Shown here in pieces: positions 9,051 through 18,023 of a DNA stretch of 64,000 bases (within the stretch, counting starts at the first letter, position 1; each line of letters begins with the position of its first letter). The stretch is from Candidatus Competibacter sp. Its GTDB lineage: Bacteria; Pseudomonadota; Gammaproteobacteria; Competibacterales; Competibacteraceae. The DNA lies in contig DAOTGT010000001.1 of NCBI GenBank assembly GCA_035447285.1, positions 8,198-72,197 on the forward strand. The letters run 5' to 3'. The notes under the pieces were generated by a model. That model was not told where the DNA came from and ran no database searches. It saw only the letters and a list, made by a program, of their open reading frames with translations. The position numbers were made by a program, and so were the translations under genes.

Positions 9051-10262
9051 TCAAAAGACGCCCTGACCCTTTAGCGTCGCCAGTTCCGCCGCGCTCAGAC
9101 CCAGCAACCCACCGAACACTTCCATATTATGGCTGCCAATCTCCGGCCCCGGCCAACTGGTCGCGCCAGGTGTTTCCGCCAGCTTCGGAATAATGGCTGG
9201 GATTTTCAGTGGCTTGCCGTCGATCTCCACCGTCTCGAACAAGCCCCTCGCCAGAAAATGCGGGTCGGTGACCATATCCGCCACATTGTAAATCGGCCCC
9301 GCTGGTACCTCCGCCGCTTCCAGCCGCGTCAGTGCCTCCCGGCTATCCAGCGTCGCTGTCCAGGCGGTGATCGCCGTGTCGATTTCTTGCTGATGATCGA
9401 CCCGGCCGGCGTTACCGGCCAGTCTTGGGTCTTCGGCTAGATCCGCTCGCCCAGCGGCATGCATCAACCGCTTGTAAATCGAATCGCCGTTACCGCCAAT
9501 GATCACATACTTGCCGTCGCGACAACGATAGGTGCCAGTTGGCACGATGCCGGTCACGGTCGAGCCGGACGGCTCGCGGATCGCGCCGGCGCCGTCGTAT
9601 TCCGGCACCACCGCTTCCAGCAGATTGAACACCGACTCGTACAGCGCCACATCCACGGTCTGGCCGGTGTGTGGGGCGCGGCGTTGGCGGTTGAGCAGCG
9701 CCAGCAGCACGCCGAACGCCGCGTGCAGACCGGCGAAGGTATCGCCCAGGCTGAGATTGGGCCGCACTGGCGGCTCGCCGGGCACGCCGTTGACATAGCG
9801 CAGCCCACCGATTCCCTCGCATACCGAGGCGTAACCGGGCCGGGCGGCATAGGGGCCATCCTGCCCGTAACCGGAAATCCGCGCGAAGATCAGCCCCGGA
9901 TTGACCGGCTTCAGATCGTCCGGTCCCAAGCCCCAACCTTCCAGGATGCCGGGACGGAAGTTCTCGATCAGCACGTCGCAGCGTTCCGCTAGTCGTCGGG
10001 CCAGTGCGCGACCGGCGGGATCGCGCAGGTTCAGGGTCACGCATTTCTTGTTGCGGCCCAGACTGCGCCACCACAGCGACGCACCGTCGCGGACGATGCG
10101 CCATTGCCGGATCGGGTCACCGCCCGGCGGCTCGACCTTGATCACCTCGGCGCCGAAATAGGCCAGCAGGGTGCCGGCGAACGGTCCGGCCAGTAACTGA
10201 CCGAGTTCGAGCACGCGGATGCCGTCCAGCGGACGGGGGGCGGCGGTGGGGGCGACGGACAT
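9051..10262 (-). CDS. family III CoA-transferase (CaiB/BaiF type)
   Basis: 403 aa. N-terminal LDGIRVLELGQLLAGPFAGTLLAYFGAEVIKVEPPGGDP, and family-typical blocks throughout. Confidence 0.9.
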   Translation of the reverse strand: MSVAPTAAPRPLDGIRVLELGQLLAGPFAGTLLAYFGAEVIKVEPPGGDPIRQWRIVRDGASLWWRSLGRNKKCVTLNLRDPAGRALARRLAERCDVLIENFRPGILEGWGLGPDDLKPVNPGLIFARISGYGQDGPYAARPGYASVCEGIGGLRYVNGVPGEPPVRPNLSLGDTFAGLHAAFGVLLALLNRQRRAPHTGQTVDVALYESVFNLLEAVVPEYDGAGAIREPSGSTVTGIVPTGTYRCRDGKYVIIGGNGDSIYKRLMHAAGRADLAEDPRLAGNAGRVDHQQEIDTAITAWTATLDSREALTRLEAAEVPAGPIYNVADMVTDPHFLARGLFETVEIDGKPLKIPAIIPKLAETPGATSWPGPEIGSHNMEVFGGLLGLSAAELATLKGQGVF

Positions 10263-10414
10263 GATTCGAGCACTCTATTGAATTAAAGGTTATAAATTTA
10301 TGGTTAAAAAATGCTTTATGGGCATATGGCGGCGATGGTAGTGTCTTAGCATAGTCGCCCAGGGTCGATTTTGCCGGGGCGCGATCAGCGGATTCTCAGT
10401 GGGGAGCGACGACG

Positions 10415-12115
10415 ATGTACCAGTACGACCAGTACGACCAGACGCTTGTGGACGAGCGGGTCGCCCAATACCGGGGCCAAGTCCGGCGCTATCTGGCCGG
10501 TGAGCTGAGCGACGACGAGTTTCGGCCGCTGCGGCTGATGAACGGTCTCTATCTCCAGCGTCATGCGCCGATGTTGCGGGTCGCCATTCCCTACGGCTTA
10601 CTATCTTCCGAGCAGTTGCGGGTTCTGGCCCATATCGCCCGCCGCTACGATCGGGGCTTTGGCCATTTCACCACCCGCCAGAACATTCAATACAACTGGC
10701 CCAAACTGGAAGAGACCCCGGACATCCTCGCCGAACTGGCCCAGGCGCAGATGCACGCCATCCAGACCAGTGGCAACTGCATTCGCAACGTTACCGTCGA
10801 TCACTTGGCCGGGGTTGCCCCGGATGAAATCGAAGACCCGCGAATCTACTGCGAAATCATCCGCCAATGGTCCACCTTTCACCCGGAATTTTCCTACCTG
10901 CCGCGCAAGTTCAAGATCGCTGTCACCGGTGCTTGTCACGACCGCGCCGCCGCCCAGGTCCACGACATTGGCCTGAACCTGACCCGCGACGAGCGAGGCG
11001 AGATCGGTTTTCGGGTGCTGGTCGGCGGTGGGTTGGGGCGTACCCCGCTGCTTGGCCATGTCATCCGCGAGTTTCTGCCCCAGCGCGATCTGCTGTCCTA
11101 TCTGGAGGCGATCCTGCGGGTCTACAACCAGCACGGGCGGCGCGACAACATCTACAAGGCCCGCATCAAGATCCTGGTCAAGGCACTGGGACCGGCGGTT
11201 TTTCGCCAGCAGGTCGAGGCGGAATGGGAGCAGATCAAGGATTCCGGTCTGGTGCTGGATCAAGCCGAGGTCGAGCGGGTGCGCCGCTTTTTCGCGCCGC
11301 CACCCTACGAGCCGGAGGCCGCCCAAGATCCCGGTTTCGAACAGTGGCTGAGGGCTGACCAATCCTTTGCCACTTGGGTGCGGCACAACGTCGCCGAGCA
11401 CAAAGTGGCAGGCTATCGTAACGTCTTCGTCGCCTTGAAGGAGCCGGGTGCGCCGCCGGGCGACATCGATGCCGATCAGATGGAGGTGGTGGCCGATCTT
11501 GCCGATCGCCATAGCTTCGGCCAGATTCGCGCCACGCATCACCAGAACCTGTTACTGGCCGACGTGCGCCAAGCCGATCTCTACCCGTTGTGGCACGCGC
11601 TTGAGGCGCAAAAGTTGGCCGCGCCGGTGATCGGTACCCTGGCCGACATGATCTGCTGCCCCGGTTTGGATTATTGCAGTCTGGCCAATGCCAGTTCGAT
11701 TTCGATCGCTCAGCAGATCAACGAGAAATTCGACCGGCTCGATGATCTCTACGATCTGGGCGAGATCCGCCTCAACATGTCCGGCTGCATGAACGCCTGC
11801 GGCCATCATCATGTCGGCCATATCGGCATTCTCGGCGTCGATAAGAAAGGCGAGGAGTGGTACCAGATTTCCCTGGGCGGTTCCTCGGAAAACGATGCCG
11901 CGCTCGGTGACATCCTCGGCCCGTCCGTGCGCAAGACCGAAGTCGCCAACACCCTGGAACGCATTCTACGGGTCTATGTGGAGCAGCGCGCGGAAGGCGA
12001 GCGCTTCCTCGATACGTTCCGGCGGATCGGGCTGGAGCCATTTCGAATCCGGGCCTACGCGCCGGGCAGCAACGAGGCCAAGCAGGAGGAAAAGCGCTAT
12101 GCGGTCGGTTATTAA
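10415..12115 (+). CDS. cysI: nitrite/sulfite reductase hemoprotein (assimilatory sulfite reductase type)
   Basis: 566 aa with two NiR/SiR half-domains. The sirohaem/4Fe-4S cysteine cluster reads CCPGLDYCSLA...SGCMNACGHHHVGHIG. Confidence 0.88.
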   Translation: MYQYDQYDQTLVDERVAQYRGQVRRYLAGELSDDEFRPLRLMNGLYLQRHAPMLRVAIPYGLLSSEQLRVLAHIARRYDRGFGHFTTRQNIQYNWPKLEETPDILAELAQAQMHAIQTSGNCIRNVTVDHLAGVAPDEIEDPRIYCEIIRQWSTFHPEFSYLPRKFKIAVTGACHDRAAAQVHDIGLNLTRDERGEIGFRVLVGGGLGRTPLLGHVIREFLPQRDLLSYLEAILRVYNQHGRRDNIYKARIKILVKALGPAVFRQQVEAEWEQIKDSGLVLDQAEVERVRRFFAPPPYEPEAAQDPGFEQWLRADQSFATWVRHNVAEHKVAGYRNVFVALKEPGAPPGDIDADQMEVVADLADRHSFGQIRATHHQNLLLADVRQADLYPLWHALEAQKLAAPVIGTLADMICCPGLDYCSLANASSISIAQQINEKFDRLDDLYDLGEIRLNMSGCMNACGHHHVGHIGILGVDKKGEEWYQISLGGSSENDAALGDILGPSVRKTEVANTLERILRVYVEQRAEGERFLDTFRRIGLEPFRIRAYAPGSNEAKQEEKRYAVGY

Positions 12116-12584
12116 AAACCGCCAGATCGTCGAAGACCACTGGCAAGCCGTTGGCGAGGAAGACGAATTACCGGTCGGGGCGGTGATCGTGCCGTTGACG
12201 CGCTGGCGGCGGGAGCGGGACGAGTTGTTGGGGCGGGACGAGCCGTTGGGGGTGCGTCTGCCGAACACCGCCGACGTGGCCGAACTCGTCGCCGATCTGC
12301 CGCTGTTGGATCTGGTGGCGCTGGAGTTTCCCAAGTTCAGCGATGGCCGCGCCTATTCGCAGGCCCGGTTGTTGCGGGAGCGTCACGGCTATCGCGGCGA
12401 AATTCGCGCGGTGGGCGACGTGCTGCGCGATCAATTGTTCTTCATGGTGCGCAGCGGCTTCGACGCCTTCGAACTGCGGGCCGACCGCAGTCTGGAGGAC
12501 GCGCTGGCGGCGTTCGACGAATTCAGCACCAGCTACCAGCCGGCCGCCGACCAACCGCTGCCCCTATATCGACGCGGACGCTGA
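12099..12584 (+). CDS. DUF934-family protein (usual partner of cysI)
   Basis: The ATG at 12099 overlaps the cysI 3' end. The sequence MRSVIKNRQIVEDHW...FPKFSDGRAYSQARLLRERHGYRGEIRAVGDVLRDQ matches the DUF934 pattern. Listed ORF 11811..12584 is over-extended into cysI. Confidence 0.85.
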   Translation: MRSVIKNRQIVEDHWQAVGEEDELPVGAVIVPLTRWRRERDELLGRDEPLGVRLPNTADVAELVADLPLLDLVALEFPKFSDGRAYSQARLLRERHGYRGEIRAVGDVLRDQLFFMVRSGFDAFELRADRSLEDALAAFDEFSTSYQPAADQPLPLYRRGR

Positions 12585-12630
12585 ACACAAGTGGCGAGGC
12601 GGCACTCGCGCCGCCTCGTGCCTGATGTCT

Positions 12631-12667
12631 CACGCCCCACGCCCCACGCCTCACGCCCCACGCCTCA
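12631..12667. repeat. heptanucleotide tandem repeat (5 units)
   Basis: CACGCCC CACGCCC CACGCCT CACGCCC CACGCCT. Read on the minus strand, this is five GGCGTGR heptads starting directly after the pppA TGA stop. Confidence 0.85.
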
Positions 12668-13480
12668 GTCCAGATACCAATCCGGTGGAATCGGATTGTC
12701 GACCGTCGTTGCGCCCGGTTCCTCGGCGGCTTCCAGGGGATCGGCGTCGATGTTGACCACCACGGTGGTCACGTTGTCACTGGCGTCCCGCATCAGCGCA
12801 AGGTGGATGAATGCCTTGACCGCCTCATGACAGTCGTGGTCGCTGTGAATCAGCAGGCGACTGATTTCCTCGTCGCTCACGGTCTTGTTGAGGCCATCGC
12901 TGCACAGCAGGAACATATCGCCGGGATGCAGTGGGTGGATGACTTCGTCGATGAGCATTTCCTCGGCCGATCCGACTGCCCGGGTGATCACGTTGGCCAG
13001 TGGATGGCGGTGCGCGTCCTCGGGTGCGATCAAGCCCTGGTCGACCAATTCCTGTACGTGGCTGTGATCGCGGGTGAGTTGCTGGAGTTGGCCGTCCCGC
13101 AGCCGGTAGATACGGCTGTCTCCCACCCACAGGCAGGCGCACTGCGTCTCGTAGATCAGCAACGCCACCACCGTGCTGCCGATGGTGCGGTTCTGGTAAC
13201 GTTGGGCCGACTCCAGCCGCAAGCGCTGGTTCACCTCTTGCATCTGCTGTCGCACCGAGTCCAGGAAATCCTGCCAGTCGCACGGTGGCGGTATCTGCTG
13301 CAAGCCTTCGATCAACATCTGGCTGGCGATGTCGCCGGCTTCATGTCCGCCCATGCCGTCGGCGACCGCCCAAAGGCCCAGTTCGGGCATCACCAGGCAA
13401 GCATCTTCATTGATCGCTCGCACCATGCCGACATGGCTGCGGCCGGCGGACGACCATTTAAAAGCGGGATTCTGGTTCAT
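12665..13480 (-). CDS. pppA: PP2C-family Ser/Thr phosphatase (T6SS PppA/TagG type)
   Basis: 271 aa. Motifs GMVRAINEDA, WAVADGMGGHEAGDIAS, LLCSDGL and DNVTTVVV. Confidence 0.9.
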   Translation of the reverse strand: MNQNPAFKWSSAGRSHVGMVRAINEDACLVMPELGLWAVADGMGGHEAGDIASQMLIEGLQQIPPPCDWQDFLDSVRQQMQEVNQRLRLESAQRYQNRTIGSTVVALLIYETQCACLWVGDSRIYRLRDGQLQQLTRDHSHVQELVDQGLIAPEDAHRHPLANVITRAVGSAEEMLIDEVIHPLHPGDMFLLCSDGLNKTVSDEEISRLLIHSDHDCHEAVKAFIHLALMRDASDNVTTVVVNIDADPLEAAEEPGATTVDNPIPPDWYLD

Positions 13481-13482
13481 GG

Positions 13483-14268
13483 TTATTCCTCTTCGGCGGC
13501 GGGTGGCTCGCCCGGACGGTGGGCGACGCCGGCGGGTGCTTTCTCATTCCAGCCCCATTGTTGCCAGTTTCCGGCCAACAACGCCGCAAAACCATCGGCT
13601 GGCGGCAGGTCCTTACAGACCAACAAGCAGCGGGCGATCCAGTCGGAACCGTCGGCCCACCACAGGCTGTGCAGGGGAAAGCCGCGCCGCAGCAGATCAC
13701 TGGCCAGAAACGGCGAGACTCCGGTCGACTCCAGCGCTTGCGGCAGCGGACAATACCAGGCGTCACCGGTGTTCGCCGGACTGGTCGCCGGAAGATCGTC
13801 CGTGGGTGGCGCGCCCAGCGCCGCGACCTGTTGGCTGAATCGGTCCAGATCCAGTTCGTCGCGTTCGAGCGCCGCCAGCGCCAGCCGTTCGGCCTGGCGA
13901 AACCAGGCTTCACCGCCGGCCGGCAGCGTGAACAGCGGCCAGCCCGGTGCCAGCGCCGCGGCGATCGCCAGCGGGTAGTAGCGCCCCACCCGGTCCATGC
14001 TGGGCATCATGATACCGGCATAGGCGGCGGGTCCGCACAGACCGGGACCAAGCGCGAAGCGCCAGACCGGGCTGGTGCAGTAGTATTCCTGCCAATTTTC
14101 GCCTAACTGGTCGCGGCTGTGGGCGATGGCGGTCTGCAACCAGCTATCCCAGGGACTGACGAAGCTTTTGGGCAAATGGCGGCCGATGAAATCGCCTCGA
14201 CTGGGCAGCTTGCCGAAGAAGCCAGCCGCCGGACGCGCCAGGGTGGGAGTTACAGTTGTTCCGGGCAC
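13483..14268 (-). CDS. tagF: T6SS-associated protein TagF (ImpM/DUF2094)
   Basis: GFFGKLPSRGDFIGRHLP...W...SPVWRFAL...AGIMMPSMDRVGRYYPL is the TagF signature. The only in-frame ATG (14424) would overlap tssM by 175 nt. A GTG at 14268 would overlap it by only 19 nt. The 5' end is therefore uncertain (14268 or 14424). Confidence 0.85.
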   Translation of the reverse strand: MPGTTVTPTLARPAAGFFGKLPSRGDFIGRHLPKSFVSPWDSWLQTAIAHSRDQLGENWQEYYCTSPVWRFALGPGLCGPAAYAGIMMPSMDRVGRYYPLAIAAALAPGWPLFTLPAGGEAWFRQAERLALAALERDELDLDRFSQQVAALGAPPTDDLPATSPANTGDAWYCPLPQALESTGVSPFLASDLLRRGFPLHSLWWADGSDWIARCLLVCKDLPPADGFAALLAGNWQQWGWNEKAPAGVAHRPGEPPAAEEE

Positions 14269-17200
14269 TGGAAACCCACCATTTCTTGCAGGCTGAAGGG
14301 GTTGGAGGTGCTGCCGGGGGTTTGCATCTGGTAGATGGCCTGCAAACCGCCCGACTGAAACGTGACCTGGAATTGACCGGCGCCCAGCGGCCGGATCTGG
14401 GCCTGGTCGAGCAGCTTGAACCAAGCCCAGGGACCGGTTTCGCTCAGTCGTGCCGGACTACCGCCAGACTGCGACAGCAATTCGATGCGCGCCTGCCCGG
14501 CGGTTCCGGTCCATTGCAGGTTGCCTGGCCGCCCGGCCTGGTTGGCGCTATACGCAAAGGTTTGGCCATCCAGGCTGATCGTGGCCTGACTCACGCCGGG
14601 GCCAAGCTGAAGAGGGGTCATCTGAAAGCGGATCGTGGGATTCTGGTTACCGCCGAACAAAGCGGCGCGCACGACGGCGGCGCGCTGGAAGGCTTGCAGC
14701 GCTTCCGGGGTGATGCTCTGCTCCGGTCCGGTGGGACCGCGCCAGCGCCAGCTACCCTGCGAGGTGTCGACATGGGTTTGCAGATATTGCTTGAAGAAGC
14801 GGTCCATCAGGCCGTTTGGGCCGAAGAAACGGCCGAAGGCGGCCAAGGGGGCATCGGGCGGTCCCGCCAGCGAACGGCTCGGGCCGGAACCAAGACTCTG
14901 ATCGACCCATTGAATCGAATTGAGCGGGGCGACGGAACCTTGCGCGCCGCCCGGCCCGGCGCCACTCCATTGAATCGAGCTGCGGACCAGCGGGTAGCGG
15001 CCGCGCAGGTTGTCCCGAAAAAAAGGGGCGACTTGCGCCGCCTTCCATTGAGCGTTCAAACGATCTCGTAAGCTGCGCACAATATCGGCGCTGTCCCGAG
15101 CCAGCTTATCCAGCAACAGGTTGAAGGGCGGCGGCTTACGGGCGGCATCCACCTGCAATTGATTGACCACGGCGCTGAACTGGTCCTTGAGGTTTTGCGG
15201 CACGGCACCGTCCGGGCTGGACTCCCGGGCACGGGCGATGGCGTTCATGTGGCCGTACAGATCGTTGAGCGCGGACAGGGTTTTATCGAAGGGTGGAATG
15301 GTGCCGCCGACGCCATCGATTTCCCGGCGGTACTGTGCATCGAAACCGGTCAGCCGGGGGTCGATGGCGCACGGTTGTAGCAGTGGGTCGGCGGCGGTGG
15401 CGTCGCTCTTGCCCAGGATGCCGGCGATCTTGTCGGTCAGCGACCGGTCGGCGGCGGGTTTGCCGGCTTCCGGCGGCGCGGGCGGCTGGTCCAGCGCGGT
15501 TTCGCGGGCCACAGTTTCGATCAGGGTTCGCAGTGGCGAGGCTGGCCCCGACAATACTTGCAGGATGTCGAGCGCTTCTTGCGGGTCGTTGAATGCCTTG
15601 ATCTTGACATCGCCGAGAAGATCCTGCCACTGCTTTAGGTAATCACCGAGATACAAGCGGCAGACACCCTCGGCAATGCGCTGGCGGTCGGCCGGATCGC
15701 TGGATATTTGCAGGGTTTGGCCCAGAATCCAGCTTTCGTCGGCCAGGTGAGCCACCAGCTTGGGGTTTTCGTCCAGAAAAAACTGGTAGTAACCCTTATA
15801 GGTATACAAACCAGGAACCCCGCTATTCAGCGCTTGGCCACTTCCGCGATTGAAGACCCTGGGTGTGTCGGGGCCGGCGGCGAGGGTCAGACCGATGTCC
15901 GGCGGCGTGCCGGCACTGCGCTGGCGTTGTTTGAGCCGTTCATAGATACGCTGGGACAGAGGTACCTGGTTCAGTAGATTCCGGCTGCGCTGGATCAACG
16001 CGCTGTCCAGCGCGATGGGCGATTGCAGCGGCGCCTGTTCCAGCAGGGCGTCCAGGTGAGCCGACAGTTGCTCACGCTGCTCGCGGGTGAAGCCGCGCGG
16101 CGGATTGGCCTGCCACTCCTGCTCCATCCAGTCCTTGACGGTCTTGGCGTCGAAGTGCTCGGCGTCGTCCAGCATCAGGTACGCTTTGAGGGTGTCGTAT
16201 AGCGCGCCGGTATTGTCGGTGTTCTGGCGCAGCCGTTCCTCCAGGCGCAATACGATGCGGGGTAGAAAAGCCTGCTGCAGCAGTCGCTGGTAGATCGCCA
16301 GCGCCTCGCCGCCGAGCTTGTCGCCCTGATAGAGCCCAAAGCCCATCAACCAGGGGGTGCCGGCATTGCGGTCGTCGTAGCCGCCAGGGATGGCGCGGGC
16401 GGCGGTCAGCAGGGACAGGGCGGCGGCGGGATCGGTCTGATCGGGGGAGAGCGCCTGAATCTGTCGTTCCACTTCCAGCCGCTGTTTTTCCACCGCCCGC
16501 ACGTAGATTTCATTGCGGGCGTAGCTGGTCAGCCACAGCAGGGCGGCAATCACGGTGACCAGCAGGGCGGTGGCGTAGGCACCGCGCTGGATCCAGCCAC
16601 GCCAGCGCTCCACCTTGAGGTTGGCGCCGGCGATCTCCGCTTCCGGGAAAATGACCTCGCGCAACAACCGGGTGATGAAGTAACTGCGGCCTTTGCCGGA
16701 GAAAGTGCTCAAGGTCTGGCGGTGCAGGCCGAACGTGGTGGCCAGCGAGCTCATCAGCCGGTCGATCGGCGTGCCTTCCTGGGTACCGCTGGTGAAGTAC
16801 ACCCCGCGCAGCAGCACCCGTTCCTCGTAGCGGCTGGGCCGGAACGCTTCCTTGAGAAAACGGTCGGCGACCTGCTTCAGGGACGCGAACTGCTGGGGTA
16901 GGGTGTAGATCAGGTCGCGCCGTTGGGGATCGCGCTCTTCCTGCAGGCGCTGCACCAGCCGGTCGTTCAGTCGCTGTTCCAGCAGTTCGAACTCGGCGGT
17001 GAACTGTTCGACCACGCCTTCCGGGTTGCCGGGGTTGTCCAGCGGGAAGGTCAGACCCCAGACCTGAGCACGTTCTTCCAGGCCCATGTCACCGAAGAAT
17101 TCGATGAAGCCGGCGATCAGGTCGGCCTTGGTGAACTGGACGTAGATGGGGAAGCGGATGCCGAAATGCTCGTGCAGTTCCTGTACCCGCTGCTTGATGG

Positions 17201-18014
17201 CCAGTGCCTGGGCGGAGCGTTCTTCTTCGCTCTGCTGCATCAGATCGGCCAGGCTGATGGCGATGAAGGCGCCGTTGATGGGTCGGCGGCGGCGGTGTTT
17301 TTTCAGCAGGTCCAGAAAACCGCGCCAAGCGGCTCGATCCACTTCCTCGTGGCTGTCCTGGGTGGTGTAGCGGCCGGCGGTGTCCAGCAGCACCGCTTCG
17401 TCGGTAAACCACCAATCGCAGTTGCGGGTGCCGCCCACCCCGCGCACCTTGCCGGCGCCCAGCGGGAAACGCAGCCCGGAATTGATCAGCGCCGTGGTCT
17501 TGCCGGAGCCGGGTGGGCCGATGATGATGTACCAGGGCAACTGGTAGAGGTATTGGGTGCGGCCGGTCTTGCCACCCAGCTTGGCCCGTTTGAGGACGGA
17601 GAGCGCCTCGTCCAAACCTTGCTTGAGCGTGGAGATTTCCTCGGCCGAGGCGGCTTCTTCTTCCTTCTTTTTCTGACGCTCGCGGGCAGCCTGCTCGCTG
17701 TCGCTGGCCGCGCCCTGATCGGCCGTTCCACCCGTTCCGCCTATTCCGCCCGTTCCGATTCCGGCTTGACCGGCCAGATCGGCCAGCATGTTGCGGTTTC
17801 GCTTCAGGGTGTCGATGTAGTAGAGGAGCTGATACAGACCATACATGCCGCCGACGGTCATGATGGTGCCGATCCGGCCCAGATCCGAGGCGAACGGGGT
17901 TTGGCCAGCGACGGCGATCAGGGGACCGAGGTACCAGATCAAACCGGCGACGGCCAGGAAGCCGGTGATGCCGATGAACCAGCGGCTCTTGAAGAAGTTC
18001 AGGATCTTGTTCAT
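14250..18014 (-). CDS. tssM: T6SS membrane complex protein TssM (IcmF)
   Basis: 1254 aa. It has N-terminal TM helices, a Walker A motif (GPPGSGKTT), and the long IcmF-type periplasmic region. Confidence 0.97.
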   Translation of the reverse strand: MNKILNFFKSRWFIGITGFLAVAGLIWYLGPLIAVAGQTPFASDLGRIGTIMTVGGMYGLYQLLYYIDTLKRNRNMLADLAGQAGIGTGGIGGTGGTADQGAASDSEQAARERQKKKEEEAASAEEISTLKQGLDEALSVLKRAKLGGKTGRTQYLYQLPWYIIIGPPGSGKTTALINSGLRFPLGAGKVRGVGGTRNCDWWFTDEAVLLDTAGRYTTQDSHEEVDRAAWRGFLDLLKKHRRRRPINGAFIAISLADLMQQSEEERSAQALAIKQRVQELHEHFGIRFPIYVQFTKADLIAGFIEFFGDMGLEERAQVWGLTFPLDNPGNPEGVVEQFTAEFELLEQRLNDRLVQRLQEERDPQRRDLIYTLPQQFASLKQVADRFLKEAFRPSRYEERVLLRGVYFTSGTQEGTPIDRLMSSLATTFGLHRQTLSTFSGKGRSYFITRLLREVIFPEAEIAGANLKVERWRGWIQRGAYATALLVTVIAALLWLTSYARNEIYVRAVEKQRLEVERQIQALSPDQTDPAAALSLLTAARAIPGGYDDRNAGTPWLMGFGLYQGDKLGGEALAIYQRLLQQAFLPRIVLRLEERLRQNTDNTGALYDTLKAYLMLDDAEHFDAKTVKDWMEQEWQANPPRGFTREQREQLSAHLDALLEQAPLQSPIALDSALIQRSRNLLNQVPLSQRIYERLKQRQRSAGTPPDIGLTLAAGPDTPRVFNRGSGQALNSGVPGLYTYKGYYQFFLDENPKLVAHLADESWILGQTLQISSDPADRQRIAEGVCRLYLGDYLKQWQDLLGDVKIKAFNDPQEALDILQVLSGPASPLRTLIETVARETALDQPPAPPEAGKPAADRSLTDKIAGILGKSDATAADPLLQPCAIDPRLTGFDAQYRREIDGVGGTIPPFDKTLSALNDLYGHMNAIARARESSPDGAVPQNLKDQFSAVVNQLQVDAARKPPPFNLLLDKLARDSADIVRSLRDRLNAQWKAAQVAPFFRDNLRGRYPLVRSSIQWSGAGPGGAQGSVAPLNSIQWVDQSLGSGPSRSLAGPPDAPLAAFGRFFGPNGLMDRFFKQYLQTHVDTSQGSWRWRGPTGPEQSITPEALQAFQRAAVVRAALFGGNQNPTIRFQMTPLQLGPGVSQATISLDGQTFAYSANQAGRPGNLQWTGTAGQARIELLSQSGGSPARLSETGPWAWFKLLDQAQIRPLGAGQFQVTFQSGGLQAIYQMQTPGSTSNPFSLQEMVGFQCPEQL

Positions 18015-18023
18015 GGTCCCCGC

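Noticed and set aside
9459-10161. Several 80-200 aa ORFs on both strands inside the CoA-transferase gene
   Set aside because: They overlap a full-length, motif-bearing family III CoA-transferase. Their composition is typical of shadow frames.
12665-12760. Possible stop-codon read-through of pppA into the heptad repeat (the frame stays open as GVGREAWGVGRE...)
   Set aside because: There is no independent signal for read-through. The analogous tssG heptads hit a stop after 8 codons. I treat it as a DNA/RNA-level repeat.
12803-13978. A 391-aa plus-strand ORF opposite pppA and tagF, plus similar ORFs 16923..18308, 14256..15071, 23725..24570, 31256..32638, 32666..33589 and 40797..41912
   Set aside because: All lie antisense to confidently identified T6SS or glgB genes. 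They have no motifs and a biased composition. They are GC-rich shadow ORFs.
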